DNA from: Camelus ferus
Lineage: Eukaryota
NCBI RefSeq assembly: GCF_009834535.1
Contig: NC_045707.1
Coordinates: forward strand, 61,010,001-61,074,000
Reading direction: 5' to 3'
Length of the DNA stretch: 64,000 nt
The stretch's first letter is position 1. The number at the start of each line of letters is the position of its first letter. Made by a program: the position numbers and the translations under genes. A model generated the notes under the pieces. It worked only from the letters and a program-made list of their open reading frames with translations. It was not told the origin of the DNA and did no database searches. This document shows, in pieces, positions 47,962-61,160 of the stretch.

Positions 47962-50900
47962 ACTGATCATTCATCCTCCAAGAATGCTGAATAGCCCTTC
48001 ACATGTCTAATACACTTTGGGGTGAATTTCTGTTCTTACTTATGAGCCTGTGATGGGAGTCAAGTGCAAAGGAAGACAAATTTGTTTTTATTCACGATTC
48101 TATAATTGATCCTGGTACTGTGGTTGGTTTCCAAATCTTAAGCATGGCCTGGGTTTGTCAAGTGAATTAAAAGTGATGGTAGGGGCTGATGACACCATGG
48201 CTGCAGGGTTCTTGTTCCCCATCCTTTTTCGTGGGGTAGTTCTGAAGAATAAGTTAGCTGATGTACCAGGTGCAGAGTTAGGAGTGTGGTTAGTGATCAG
48301 CAAATGGAACTTCTCCGTCCACTGTCCTCTGTCCCTTCACAGCCTCCCACACTGGAGGCTTTCCTTGGGAGGCTGGGGTAGCTAATTATTTCAAGCTCGT
48401 GTGGGAATTTAGCTCCGGAGATTGACTGGTTGATCAAAACTTGGATTATTGCACCCAAAAGGAGCATGGCTCTCTACCTCATTAAGTGTCTTTGGGGCAT
48501 TTTGTCTTTCTCTCTCCTTCTGGCGACTCCTCTGTTCACAGCCCTCTCAGAGACCACCGCTGATGAATCTAAAGTTTTCACAGTACTATGAGGTTTGTGG
48601 GAACTGAATACATTTCTTCAAGATCTAACATAAAAATAAGTCCTGGCCCCAAGCCCAAAAGAAGTCACTGGGAACCCAAGCAGAGCTGGGCAGCAAGCCC
48701 AGACCCAGGCTAATGAGACATTTACATTCCAGGCCTTTCTTTTCAGTTTGGTCTTCGTGGGACTCATGTGTGAGGAAGCCCAGAGAGTGTGCCGCAGGCA
48801 GAGGCCCATGCTTCAGCTTTTGCTGTGGGTCCCTGAGGCAGGGCAGGGACATTATTAAAGTACCAAAATCCAGCACATTCAACTAATAACAATCCCCAGC
48901 TGCCAGCGATCACTTGTTGTTATTGATGTTTTTTGAAATTACTTGTTTATCATTGAAATCCTCTTCTGAGCCTTTGCGTCTTTTCCCAACGTTCGATCTG
49001 TTTACTACTAATGTCCAAACTTTCACTCTGAGGGAAGGTGGGAAGAGATGAAGGAAATGTCATCTCATGTCTTTCAATATTTGTGGGAGTACTTGGTCCA
49101 TGGTCAGTGTCTGTTGAAGTTTTAGGAGAGCGTTTTAATCTATTAGATTTAGGAATACCTAAAAGGGAGCCCCCAAAAGAATGGAGAGTGGGAAAATAAG
49201 ACCCAGGAGGACGTTAAATGTATGGTGATGGTTGTGTATGGAGATTAGTATTGGCTTTCCAATAAAAGGAGAGCGATGCCCAAGAAAGGGAGGCCATGAA
49301 TGCATGGAGAGAACAAGACGATGAGGACTTATGTCCACTAAAAAGAAGCAATTTTCTCTTAGGTGAAAGTCATTGGGTGTTAGCATGGCAGAGTGCCGTA
49401 TTTCTTCTGAAAAGAGGAAAGCAATTTGTGTAATTTGTGCCAGTGTGCAGAGGGGAGAACCAGATGTCTTTGCCAGGAAACCTTCAGGTCTTCACTAGAA
49501 AAGGGAGAGGGAAAAAGGGAGGCAAACACAGTGACTCATGAAAGGGAGAATCATTGTTTCAAACCAAGGGTGAGAAGAAACAAAGTTAAATTTCATTTCC
49601 AGAAATTTCGTGTTCCCAGATTTGAGCATGACTTTTCAATAATGGCTCTTAATCACGCAGTACTAGAATCTCATTGTTATTTGTTTTAAGCACAATTTGA
49701 GAGGTGGCAAGGAAAACAGTCCCAAACTTGGAAATGAGAAGAGAACGACATGTCCCATCAATGTCACATTTGGGAAATGCTTAAAAGGCCACCAAGGATT
49801 ATATAATTAACCAAGACAAAGTACCTTTTGTTTGGCACACTGTTGGCTACCAACAAGGCCTAGACTGCATGGGGTTATATGTTGATTTGTAGATTTACAC
49901 CTGGTAGAAAGATAACTCCAAAGATTATCCAGTAGGACATTAAGCAGTTTTGTATTTAACCTAGCAATTTTGTTCAGACACTCTCTTTTACAAATTTCTA
50001 TAAATACCCATGTCCCCAAATGCCCTGGGAACCAGCTTTCCCATCCTGCTGGCTTCCCCATCAATGAGTTGAATATGAAGTTAACACGTGTTCATTCTGG
50101 GTTTGTGAGTCATGTTTTAACTATGTAAAAATTACTCTTTGACAGTGGAATTTGATCTCTTATTGTTTACTGAGTAAGATTTCTCATAATAGTATCTCTT
50201 CCGCTCTTTGATTAATGGTGAACGGAGTCATGATTTTACCAACATTTATTTTGGTGGCGGCCTCATGTGTAATCCCACCTATATTCTTCAAAAGCGTTTG
50301 TAAACCACCGACAAAACTATTTCCTGATGTAAATCAGTGAGCAAAATCTGTCCTCGTTCTTAAAAGAAGTTCAAGTGAGTAAGATTTCATCGCAGCAATC
50401 TAGGAATTTTGTCTAAATGCAAAAAAAAAAAAAAATCAGTAAATTTAATTGTCAGTGAGCAGGTCTTGTGTATATACGGTTTTCGCTGGCTTTGGTGTTA
50501 AAAGTTTTATCTACCCATATAAATGGTTTGTGGAAAAAAAGACTGAATTGGTTTGAAAGAAATAACAGCTCTTTAAAAAAGAAAATAACTGGAACCATAA
50601 ACAGTTGAATTCCATCAGAATTGTTTGTTCACTGCCTGAATGAATTTGACCCCTTGTCCTTGAATAATAAGCCACTTGAATTTAACAACTTGTTAGTGTG
50701 ATACAGTCGCGATTTGAAATTTAGGGGCTGCAGAATGTGCTCGCATAGTCTTAATTGCTTATAAAGAAAAACAGGAATGAGAAACTGCCACTTTGAATGC
50801 AGCAGAGACATGCTGGGACCATAGCCATTCTGTTCATCTCTTCCATTCAGACAGGTAAGATCTCCTTATAGAAATAAGTACCCGAGACCCAGAAAGGAAT

Positions 50901-52582
50901 TACATTTGCCCTTGTTATAGGAACCTACCTAGAAGCTAGAAAAAGAACTCATGACAAATGAGCTTCAAATGTTTATCTTAATGTTTCAAGATTTAAAATC
51001 AGAGCAATTTTTATAGACATAGAAATACTTATTTCTTTAGAATACTCATTCTGTAGTTAAATCCTTAAATTCTTACTTAGAGTTTCACATAAATGGACCA
51101 CCAGGAAGGTTTTTTTTTTTTTTTAATTGAGGGCAATGGGTAATGATAGAGAATAAATGGGTTTGTTTTTTTTTTTAGAAAGCGGTATTCATCACTTTTG
51201 CTCTCCAGTCTATTTCGTATATGCGGTGTGGCCTTTACTTAAATGTGGGGTGAGCATTCTGTCCCTCCCGGTACTAGTTCTTTTAGCACCTTGTTTCCGA
51301 TGGAGTATCAAACAATATTTGACAGAAGAGGGAAAATACATATTAGACATCTAAGAGCAAGAGGGAAATTCTGTACTCCTATGATTGACAAATTAGAAAT
51401 GGTTAAAAAAATAAAGATCGAACTGAGATAAACTTTTTTAACACGATTTTACTAACCAATATGGCAGTTATTGGTATTTTCAAGGCTGACATTCCTGGTA
51501 GTGTAAATTTTCAGACATCTAAATGATGACAGTTTAAAATGGACAAACAGATTTACGAAACTCTTTTAAACTGTTGTCAAAAGCTCCCTAAACATAAAGA
51601 TGTTTATTATTTGTTTCCTTTTTGACAAGTAAGGAAAAACTTCCAATCTTAATAATGTATTGTCAAGTTTTAAAAGAGATGGGGTTTGAAATGGTTGAAA
51701 CCAGTTTCTAGAATCACTCCTGTGCCCCAAGCTATCAGTGTTTTCTTAGTCTTCAGAGTAGGGCTGCACAAAACTAATTGATAATGGTTTCTCTACCTGC
51801 CTTTAGGGCTGCTTATCTCTACTTGCAAGTTCTACTAGGTCTGCAGGGGTTATTTAACGTGAGCTTGGTTATCTTAAACAAGCAATGTTTCCATAGTTCT
51901 CAACATAGTTCTCATCCAGCTTTGATCTATTTGGGAAAGAGAGAAATGATGGCCTGAGAGCCATGGACTCCAGGAGCTCAAGAAAGTTGGTCAGGTTTTG
52001 TTTTGTTTCTGACAAATATTATTTGAAAAAAAAATTTTTTAACAGCAATATGTATATTCCTAGCTGAACATACAGAAAATAATAAGGACCCACCAGGGCT
52101 CAAAGTTAATCCACGAGGCTAGATTCTACCATCAGCCAAAGAAGTCCCTGTTTCTCTTTTGTTCAGCAACTTTGAGAAGGAGGTTTCTGTTAACTGCAAG
52201 CAAAACCAAACTGACAAGTATTCTTAAAACCTTTCCCCCAGGTTCTTTTTTTTTCTCTTCTAATTAATAAAATGACACTAAATTCTAAGTAGAAAAATAA
52301 TACTAAATTATTGTTCTCATTCCTTTAGACATTTTAGCAATTTGTTCATGTCATAACAGATGGCCTGTAACTGGTACCTTTTAAACAAAAGTCATCTAGC
52401 TCCATTTTCCTGTGGGTAGGCAGATAAATCTTCAACTTAGAACACTCTTTACTGAAGGAAAGAAAAATTTTTTTAATAACGTTTGTACCTGGTAGAAAGG
52501 TTTGCAGTTCAGCTCTGGCCCACACAGAACTGGCCAGCAGTAAAATGGAGCCAGAGTCAGTTCCCATCTTTGCCCTGATTGG

Positions 52583-52828
52583 CTAGCGCTGTGGATAAAC
52601 TCATGGACCCTGGAGTCAGATAGCCTGAGGTCAAATCCTCACTCTACACTTACTAGCTGTGTGACCTTGGGCAAGTTGCTTAAACTTTCTGTGCCTCAGT
52701 TAACCACCTGCAAACTAGGGATATCAGTAGAATTTACTATTGTGTGAAGTAATCGATTTAACATGTGCAAAGAACTTAGAATTACCTGGTGCTGAGGATG
52801 CATGTAATAAATATTAGCTATTATTATT
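52583..52828 (+). mobile_element. MIR SINE, near full length
   Basis: ctggagtcaga...cacttactagctgtgtgaccttgggcaagttgcttaaactttctgtgcctcagtt...aataaatattagctattatt. Confidence 0.95.
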
Positions 52829-53127
52829 TTCATAATTGTTCCTTTGTGTGTACTTTAAAATGTATTTTGTGTGTGTCATAATCCCATATCTAGTCCTAAT
52901 AGTACATTCAAAGACATTAAATCAGTCAGGATGAATTTTAAGGCTGGAGAAACATTCCCAATACTCTGAAATCTAATCACTCGAGTGCTGTTGACTTCAG
53001 GCTTACAAATTACCTGATAAGCAAAAGTGAGGGAAAATTCCTGTTTAGAGACCAAAAGCTAGGTTTTTTCTCATAAAGCACAAGAAGGATTAATTGCTAA
53101 AATACTATAAGAGAAAAAACCCTGTTC

Positions 53128-54110
53128 CTTTTTAAAAAAAATTTTATTGAAGTATGGTTGATTTACAATGTTGTGTTAGTTTCCGGTGTACAGCACAGTG
53201 ATTCAGTTATCTCTGTGTGTATGTATATATGTATATGTGTGTATATATATATATTTTATATATATATATTTTATATATATACATATATTCTTTTTTTGTT
53301 ATAGGTAATTGCAAGCTATTGAATATAGTTCCCTGTACTATATAGTAGGAACTTGTTTATTTTATATATAGTAGTGTATATCTACCAATCCCAAACTCCT
53401 AATTTATCATTTCTCTTCCTTTACCCTTTTGTAACCATAAGTTTTCCTATCTCTGAGTCTGTGTCTGTTTTGTAAATAAGTTCATTTGTGTCATTTTTTA
53501 AGATTCCACATATAAATACCATATGATATTTGCCTTTCACTATCTGACATACTTCACTTAGTATGATAATCTCTAGGTCCATCCATATTGCTTCAAATGG
53601 CATTATTTCATTCTTTTTATGGCTGAGTAATATTCCATTGTGTGTGTATATATCTATCTACATATCTATCTATATATCTATATCTATATATATCTCACAA
53701 CTCCAGTCATCCATCAATGGACATTTAGGTTGCTTCCATGTCTGGGTTGTTGTAAATAGTGCTGTTATAAACATTGGGGTGCATGTATCTTGTCAAATTA
53801 GAGTTTATTCCAGATATATGCCCAGGAGTGGGATTGCTGGATTATATGGTAAATCTATTTTTAGTTTTTAAAGGAATCTCCATACTGTTTTCCATAGTGG
53901 CTGCACCAAATTACATTCCCATCAACAGTGTAGAGGGTGCCCTTTTCTCTGCACCCTCTCCAGCATTTACCATTTGTGGCCTTTTTAATGATGGCCATTC
54001 TGACCAGTGTGAGGTGATACCTTATTGCAGTTTTGATTTGCATTTCTCTAATAACTAGTGATATTGAGCACCTTTTCTTGTGCCTATTGGCCATCTGTAT
54101 GTCTTCATTA
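53128..54110 (-). mobile_element. Young cetartiodactyl-type L1, 5'-truncated (about 1 kb), with disrupted ORF2 C-terminus
   Basis: ORF 53861-54094 ([24 protein letters not shown]...KCWRGC) and ORF 53421-53603 (WMDLEIIILSE) are L1 ORF2 C-terminal motifs; poly-T tail; TSD aaaaaaccctgttc (53114-53127) / aaaataccatgttc (54111-54124). Confidence 0.95.
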
Positions 54111-54214
54111 AAAATACCATGTTCTTATGTGACATGGGATTTTTTTCTTTTATACGATGGATCTAAGGCATTCCAAGTTCTCTGTATACCCAGTCAAAGC
54201 TTCCTCTTTCTCCT

Positions 54215-54525
54215 ACATATTCCCTTCCCTGAAATCCTTTCTTTATTCCTATTCATCCTTTAAGTTGCAGCTTAGATATTATGTCTTCTGAGAGTACCCC
54301 TTTCCCTCTTTGAGCTCCCATAGGAACCTCTTCTCCCACCCCACAATTATATTAATTATAGCACTTAGTATGCTGCATTGGAACCAACAGTCAACTTGTC
54401 AGTCTCTCCCATTGAACCATAGATCCATGAGAACAGAGAAATTATCGATTTTGCTTATTATTGTAACCTTGGCATGCAGTACAGTGCTTAATGCATAGTA
54501 GGTGCTCAATAAAATTTTGTTGTAT
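54215..54525 (+). mobile_element. L2 3' end
   Basis: attcatcctttaagttgcagc...tccatgagaacagaga...acagtgcttaatgcatagtaggtgctcaataaaattttgttg. Confidence 0.85.
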
Positions 54526-55819
54526 TATGTAAGGCATACCAAGACCTCTCAAACTTGGTGCTGGTGCCTCTTGCTAGCTTTGCATGTTAATAAGTGTGGA
54601 CACTGGAGTAACTGGGTGAATCTAAGGCTTTGCTGGACATATTTTCATGTGCAGGGTATATAGGAAGGATGAATTAGGGCTCTGGAATTCCTGAAGGCAA
54701 TGACAATGTGCTTTAGTTTCTACTTACTTTGTTTCTTTCCTCCTGCTTCAATCTTCAAATTGAATCTTTAATCCTAGAAAGTGAATCATCCTTGATAAAT
54801 ATATTGCAGGGGCTGGACAAGACCAATAGCAGGCACTGGGAGAGGAAAGACGCCAGTTACTTTCCTGTTTGCTTTTTGTGCCATCGCAGAACACAACTGT
54901 ATTTGTTTTTCGGTTGAAAGGTCAAGGCCCTGTGCAGAGCTCTCATCTATGAATGAACGGGTGACTGTTTCCTTTTCCTTTTTCTGGCATTAGGCTACTC
55001 TGAGACTTCCTCCAAAGGTTTATGAGTATCTTTGCTGCAGTGAATAACATGGGGTTAGACTTCCTTTTTGGAGGAGATAAACCTGAGTCATTCAAAGGCT
55101 TCTTGTTATTCAGATTCCTTTGTAAGTGTCAGCTTAACCGGCTGGACCTGTGGCTTCCCTTCTATCACCTCATCTGCCTGTTTACCTTCCTTGTTCATTT
55201 CTCTCTGTCGAATGCGGAGAGTAACTAACTGGTCAAGCTGTGTGTACAGTATTTGCAAAATGACGTTGCTGTTTTGTCCGAGGAGGAGCCCTTTACCTTC
55301 TTGCTACTTGATTGAGAAGAAAAGGTCTATTAAGAAGGTTTGTGCTGGGTAATGATTATGTGCCTCTATCTCTTTTAATTCCTGCTTTAAAAAGGAAGTG
55401 ACTCATACAGTAGATAAACTGGACTTGAAAGAATGTCTGGCTTATGCAAAGCTCTTATTTACATCCTAGGCTCTTTCATTCACAGGGAAATAGGGACTCA
55501 AGGACTTTGGGGCAGGAGTTCCTCCCTTTTTTATTTCTGTTCTTTAATAGGCAGTGGCCTAAATGATCTCTGGAAGGTTTTTTGTTTGTTTGTTTGTTTG
55601 GTTTTTTTCTGCGTTTAACATATCCCCCACTCAGGCTTCCCTTTCTCTGTTGAAAATAGGAATTGCATGAATGTCAGAGAAGAGACTAGAGAGATACTAT
55701 AGACAGCTCTTCTATCTTGTATTCCTAACTCCTCAGAGTCTCAGACCCTCCATTACTGGTAGCTCATATCTGTCGAGATGGGGCTTCATTTACTCCCTGC
55801 CTGGTCCTTCACAGGGTTT

Positions 55820-56060
55820 AGTAAAGCAGTTTAGACTAAAGCTTTGAAGCTTGTGCTTCAGTGTCAGCTAGACAGTTTGGTTTCACATTAGTTGTGTAGT
55901 CTTGGAAAAGTCATTTAATCTCTTAGCCTGTCTCCTCCTCTGTAAATGGGAATCCTAATAACACCTGGATCACAGGACTATGATGGTGACGTGAGAATTT
56001 ATGTAAATAAAGCTCACGACCAGTGGTAAACTCACTCAGTATTTGAGATGGTCATTAATA
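55820..56060 (+). mobile_element. MIR SINE
   Basis: agttgtgtagtcttggaaaagtcatttaatctct...ctcctctgtaaatgggaatcctaataacacc. Confidence 0.75.
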
Positions 56061-56779
56061 AGGATTTTATTTGTAAGCTGAGTTTGTCTTTAATTCTTTT
56101 TTTCATTTTAGGTTTCTTTTCTTATGCCTTTTCTAAATAATTTCTTCAATTTAAAGCACTATTTTATTTTTCAGTATTTGTTGAGTAAATGAATCAGTGA
56201 ATGGGAGTGGTTTATGTTCCCAATGATAAGAACCTACTATAGCGTCAAAAATTCTAATTTGTTCCTGAGATCCCTGGGTGGGCAGATCAGTTGCTGGGTG
56301 AGGAGTTTATTCTGCTCAATTACAGAGGTAAAGGAGTTCCTAGAGGCTAGATTCTGTGCCCTACCCACTGGCTTCTGAACTGGAGGTGACCTCAGGCTGG
56401 TGTGATCCAGAGCAACTCCCATTTAAGCCTGGTCCCAGCTAAACAGCAACCGGGCAGGGCACCAGGCAAACAGTCCTCTCTTGTTTTCCCCCCTTTTAAA
56501 CTATCCCTTTGTACACTCAGAGACAGTTATTAACTCAGCTACAGCGCATACGTGAGTTTAGGTGTAAAGGACTAAAAAAGGAGTGAACTCCTTTGAGTTT
56601 TTCTTGGAGGTTCCACTTTTTATTCCTGTAGTATTTCTTTTGCTCTATGAATCCTGCTTTGGTGCATATTCAACCATTTGTTTTCTCCATCCTTTCCTTC
56701 CACTCCCAACTAACCAGCTCACCAGTGGTGAGCAGAAACTTGAGGGCTTTAAGTTAAAGGGCTAGTGACACAGTCCTTC

Positions 56780-56900
56780 CATTCATGTACTCAACTATTT
56801 TGGGGCATCTTCTCTGGACCAGGCACTGCCTGAGATATTAGGTGTACATTAATTTTTTAAAAAAGAGACATACTCCTTTGTCTTTACGGAACTCACCACT
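56780..56900 (-). mobile_element. L2 3' end
   Basis: cattcatgtactcaactatttt...gcatcttctctggaccaggcactg...ggaactcac. Confidence 0.6.
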
Positions 56901-57552
56901 GAGACTCATCTTTATGGGAGATTTTAGGGTTCTTTTAGGATCCGTCTGGCACCCAACCTCACAATTTCAAAACTGTCTTAATTCTATTTGACTTTCACCT
57001 CCATTCCACTTCAACCATCCTTTTACATAGGCACTTCATAGGCATTTACAATTACACTTGACCTTGTCATCACCCGGAGCTGAAACCTTAAACTCCATAG
57101 ACGGGCTTGCTAACCACAGACTCCTAATTCTTCCAGTTTTCTCACCTCCATTTTCAAGCCATGTGTCTTCTTTGAGACCTCCTTTTCTTTTTTGTTCCTA
57201 TTCTATCAGACATCTCCATATTTTCACATCCTTCCTATCCAGCCTAGACAGAATGATGGCTTAATTCTTCAGTTTTTCTCTAGTCAATACCATCGTATCC
57301 TTTGCACCTTCTTCTGCCTTCATATCCTTCAAGTTCCTTACTCTGAACCAATGCAGCTTCGTGCCATTCACATCAAGCCTTGAGAAGCCTGCTAGGAAAA
57401 AAGTCATTCAACTTTGTCGCAACAAACTGTGTTCAGCTTTAGGCAGGCTTATAATGCTGCACTGTAATCTTTCTATGTGCCTTTCGGTTATCTCTTTCTT
57501 TCATTCCCCAAGATTTTTTTTCTTCTGGCTTTTTAAAATATATATTTTTGGT

Positions 57553-58020
57553 TAAAAACTGTTTTATTATGGAAAATTTCAAGCATTTATAAAAACAGAG
57601 AGAACAGTGTCCTAAACCTCCATCTATGTATTAATGAGCTCACTACCAATCTCGTTTCATCTATGGCCTCTATCCCACCCCCAAATTATTTTAAAGCAAA
57701 TTTTTGACATCGTATAATTTCATTTGTGAATATGGTATGTACTCTCAAAGATAAGGACACTTTAAAAAACTAAGCACAATAGCATTATCTCAGTAAAAAA
57801 CTTCATAGTCATTCTCTAATACCGTGAGGCATACGGGCAGTTTTCACACTACCTCCCTGCCCTTTGATTTTTTAAAAAAATTTGTTTGAAGCTGGACCCA
57901 CATAAGATCAGTATTGTGTGATTGGTTGACATGTCTGGTAAATCTCTTTTAATGTTAAATTTCTTCCTCTTTTTTTCTTGTAGTATATGGAAATATAGTT
58001 TTTGGTTGAAGAAATCAGAT
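57553..58020 (-). mobile_element. L1MC-like 3' end
   Basis: ttttattatggaaaatttcaagca, ccaatctcgtttcatcta, attattttaaagcaaat, aaagataaggac, gattggttgacatgtct. Confidence 0.85.
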
Positions 58021-58380
58021 CCTATGATTGCTTTTGGAACCATTGCCGTATTACTATGACCGACGAACGCTCTTATCGCTGATGCTGATCAGAATTTGTA
58101 GAAAGAGTGCAGCTCCCTTAACTACCTTTATTCTTATTAGCATCTGCATCCGTCATTACTCTTCTGCTTGTCTCTGAAGAAAGCGGCCCTTCTCCCTCCC
58201 ATCTAAGGCTGATTTCTTTCATCAGCACCCCTGGTCCCTCTCCACCAGCTTCTTAGGGAATATCCTCCATTTTTCATCCTCCATCCCCAGGATCTTTAAC
58301 CTCTACCTGACTCTTTTGCCCTCAGATTATAAACATTGAAGGGCTCTCTCAACTACAAACAAACTAACCAACCAAATAAT

Positions 58381-58402
58381 ACACACACACACACACACAC
58401 AC
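58381..58402. repeat. (AC)11 microsatellite
   Basis: Read directly. Confidence 0.95.
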
Positions 58403-59861
58403 CCCAAAACTTCTCTCTGTCTTGTGTCTCATTCAAATTTTGGTCCCATCTTTCACTTTCCTTTCAAAAACCAAGTTTCAAAAAATTTCTTTGTGTTCAT
58501 TTTTCCCCACACTTTCAACTTCCATTTACTCCCTAACCCACCACCTGGCTTCAGTTTCTATCACTTCTCAGAAATAGTGCTTTCCTTTCCAAGGGCACTA
58601 AAACCTCCTTTTGGCTAAATGCAATGGCTGTGGGCTGAGTCTGTATCTCTTTTGATATCTGCAGCATTTTCCAGGATTGGCCACGCCATGCTTCTTGAAA
58701 CCTCCTTCAGCCTCAGTGAATTGGTTCTTCTTGGTTTGCCTCCTACCTCTCTGATTCTCTCCTCAATTTCTCTAAAGGTTTTCCTTCCTTTGTCTGCCCT
58801 TGAATTTCAGCCTTTTGTGAGTTCTATATACTTTTTCTGGATGATCTCATATATTCCTTTGAATTCAACCATCACCTTTATGAGGCCTCCCAAAGAGATG
58901 TCTCTGGCTCTGAGCTCTCTCTCCTGAGATCTGGATCTATGTAACCAATTTCTACTGGACAGACACACTGATGTTCCTTAGACAGTTCAGACTCAACTTA
59001 GCATAAATTTCATCCATTACCTTCCCACTTGAACTTCTTCCACTTTCTGCCCTGTATCTCTCTGTGAATGATGCGACCTAGCTGCTACAGCCAGAGATTT
59101 GGTAATTATCTGTGATGCCTTCCTCTCCCTCCCTGCTCTCTTTCTTCCAGTTTCCAATAGGACACCAACTGATGTGAACCTTCATATTACTCACCTTTCA
59201 TGTTCTCTTCTCTGAGGTGCCTCACACTTTGCATACAGTGCATTTTACTGCAGTGGCCGCAATGGGTCATTCCGCTTTGGGTCTAGGACCCTCACAATCC
59301 ACTTCCCACACTGCTACCTGAGTGACCCTATTACTGCACTACATGAAGTCCTTCAGTGGCTTTCCATCCCTCCAGGAAAAGAAAGACGTGTGGGAACACA
59401 GTGGGTCAAGTCCTCTATGACTGGATTAGCTCTTAACCTCTTCAGCCACCTCTCCTGTCACTCCCCATCTAATACTCTCCACTCCAACTTCCTGCATTTC
59501 CAAAAAAGGCCTATTTTCTCACCCTTAGGCCTGTGTCCATGTAACCTCCTCTGATTCGAAAATGGCTCCTGCTGTTTGTTTAAGTCAACCTTTGCACTTC
59601 AGGTCAGGGCTCATCTCTTTTAGGAAATCTTCTCTGACCTGCAGTCCAGGTTAGGTACCCTTCTTATCTACCTGCCTTGAGAAATCTCTCCTGATTGGCT
59701 CACAGCTCTACCTTGTCTTCCTTCACCTACTAATCAGGCTGGTGGTCCCATATGTAGCTCCTGAAGTCATGGACTGGACTAGCTGGAAAGGATCTCCTCA
59801 TTTTGTGGATAAAGATTTGTCTGTTTGCAGCTTGCTGTCTTTAAGAAGAGAGGCTTCCTGT

Positions 59862-60205
59862 TTTAGCAATTCAAAAAACTGTTTACCAAGGACCTGCCAT
59901 GCACAGGGCTCTGTGTTAGAGCTTCTTTGTGTTATAGAGATAGAAACCCTTCCCTTGGGTTGCTTAGTGAGGGAGAGGAGATAAAATATCCGCTTACACA
60001 AACAGAATACAGTCAGTAAAGACATACCGCTAAAGTGCTGGTGAGGCTTCAGGCAAGGATACGATAAAAGGCCCTGAGGTCACCCAGGGGGTCAAGGAAA
60101 GCCCTGTGGGAATTAATGTTTGAGCTGAGCCTTGAAATTGGTTGGATCAGGAATAGGTATGGAGGGAAAATTATTTGAGGCAGAGAGGCCTGTAAGAGAA
60201 AAGGC
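59862..60205 (-). mobile_element. L2 3' end
   Basis: ttcaaaaaactgtttaccaaggacctgccatgcacagggctctgtgttag...tttgagctgagccttgaa. Confidence 0.75.
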
Positions 60206-60461
60206 AGAGAATAATTTGAATTTTAAACCATGGGCATAATTTGCTTACTATCTGTCTGAGAATTAGCAGGCCCTTTATGCTCTTTTTTTTTTTTTCAAAA
60301 AATATATTACAAAAATTGCATAGCACCCAATCATGGATCTTCTGTGATTTGAAAAATATTTACATAGCATAGATATATAATCCTGTATCATCACGCTACT
60401 TTGGCTATCTATTTTTTCCTACTATTCAGAAAGGTAAACATTTGATAACATTGATTTATTT

Positions 60462-60558
60462 TTTTATTTTAATTTTTTTTTAATTTTATTTTTTATTGAA
60501 GCATAGTTGATTTACCATGTTAATTTCAGGTGTACAGCAAAGCGATTCAGTTATACAT
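60462..60558 (-). mobile_element. Young L1 3' tip (97 bp) with 17-bp TSD, inside an L2 tail
   Basis: Poly-T plus ttattgaagcatagttgatttaccatgttaatttcaggtgtacagc; TSD ataacattgatttattt (60445-60461) / ataacaatgatttattt (60559-60575). Confidence 0.9.
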
Positions 60559-61034
60559 ATAACAATGATTTATTTAGTCAATAAACAGTTATGGATCTTT
60601 GCTAAAGGCTGGGTGTAATGTCATCTGCAAAGATAAATAAGACAAAGTTACTGCTTTCAAGAAATCACAGTGTTGTGGGTGTGATAAGAGATACAAAGGT
60701 TATCAGAGGGTTAGAAGACAATAAAGTAGTAAATACGGCTACACAGGTATGAATAAATTGCTATAGGAACTGAGCCCCTACCTCTGGCTTGGGGGTAGGA
60801 GAAGCCATCAAAGCAATGAAATTTGTGAAGTAGGTGGGGGTGGAAAAGGGTCCCAGAGAGAGCGACAATGTGTGAGAAAGGAATGGAAGGTGAGAAACTA
60901 GGACTTTTTCACTCTTGCAGATTTGCAAAAGGGCTTCAGCAATATTTCTTCCCTGACCTATATTGTTTGTAAAAGAAGTGGAGAAGTGGATTAAATAAGA
61001 GGGGAAATAGAACGAAGCAAAGGAAAAAGGAGAC

Positions 61035-61160
61035 CCAGTTCTGCCAATCTGACTCTGCAATTCATGCGCTGTGTAACTGAGGAAAGTTACTTAATATCTC
61101 TGGGCATCTGTCAGTCTGGGCACTGGCTAGATGGTCTTTTAAGTCTTTTCCAGCTTAAAT
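61035..61160 (+). mobile_element. MIR3-like SINE
   Basis: gctgtgtaactgaggaaagttacttaatatctctgggc...ctagatggtcttttaagtcttttccagct. Confidence 0.7.

Larger units (their letters stand above)
56950..59730 (+). mobile_element. Long degenerate L2 LINE, interrupted by L1MC at 57553-58020
   Basis: Pyrimidine-rich L2 motifs: cttgaccttgtcatcac, ctgcagcatttt...cttcttgaaac, ccttcagtggctttccat, ttaggaaatcttctctgacc. Confidence 0.7.

Noticed and set aside
53421..54094. ORFs with protein-like sequence
   Set aside because: Fragments of LINE-1 ORF2 C-terminus in a 5'-truncated, disrupted copy, not a host gene
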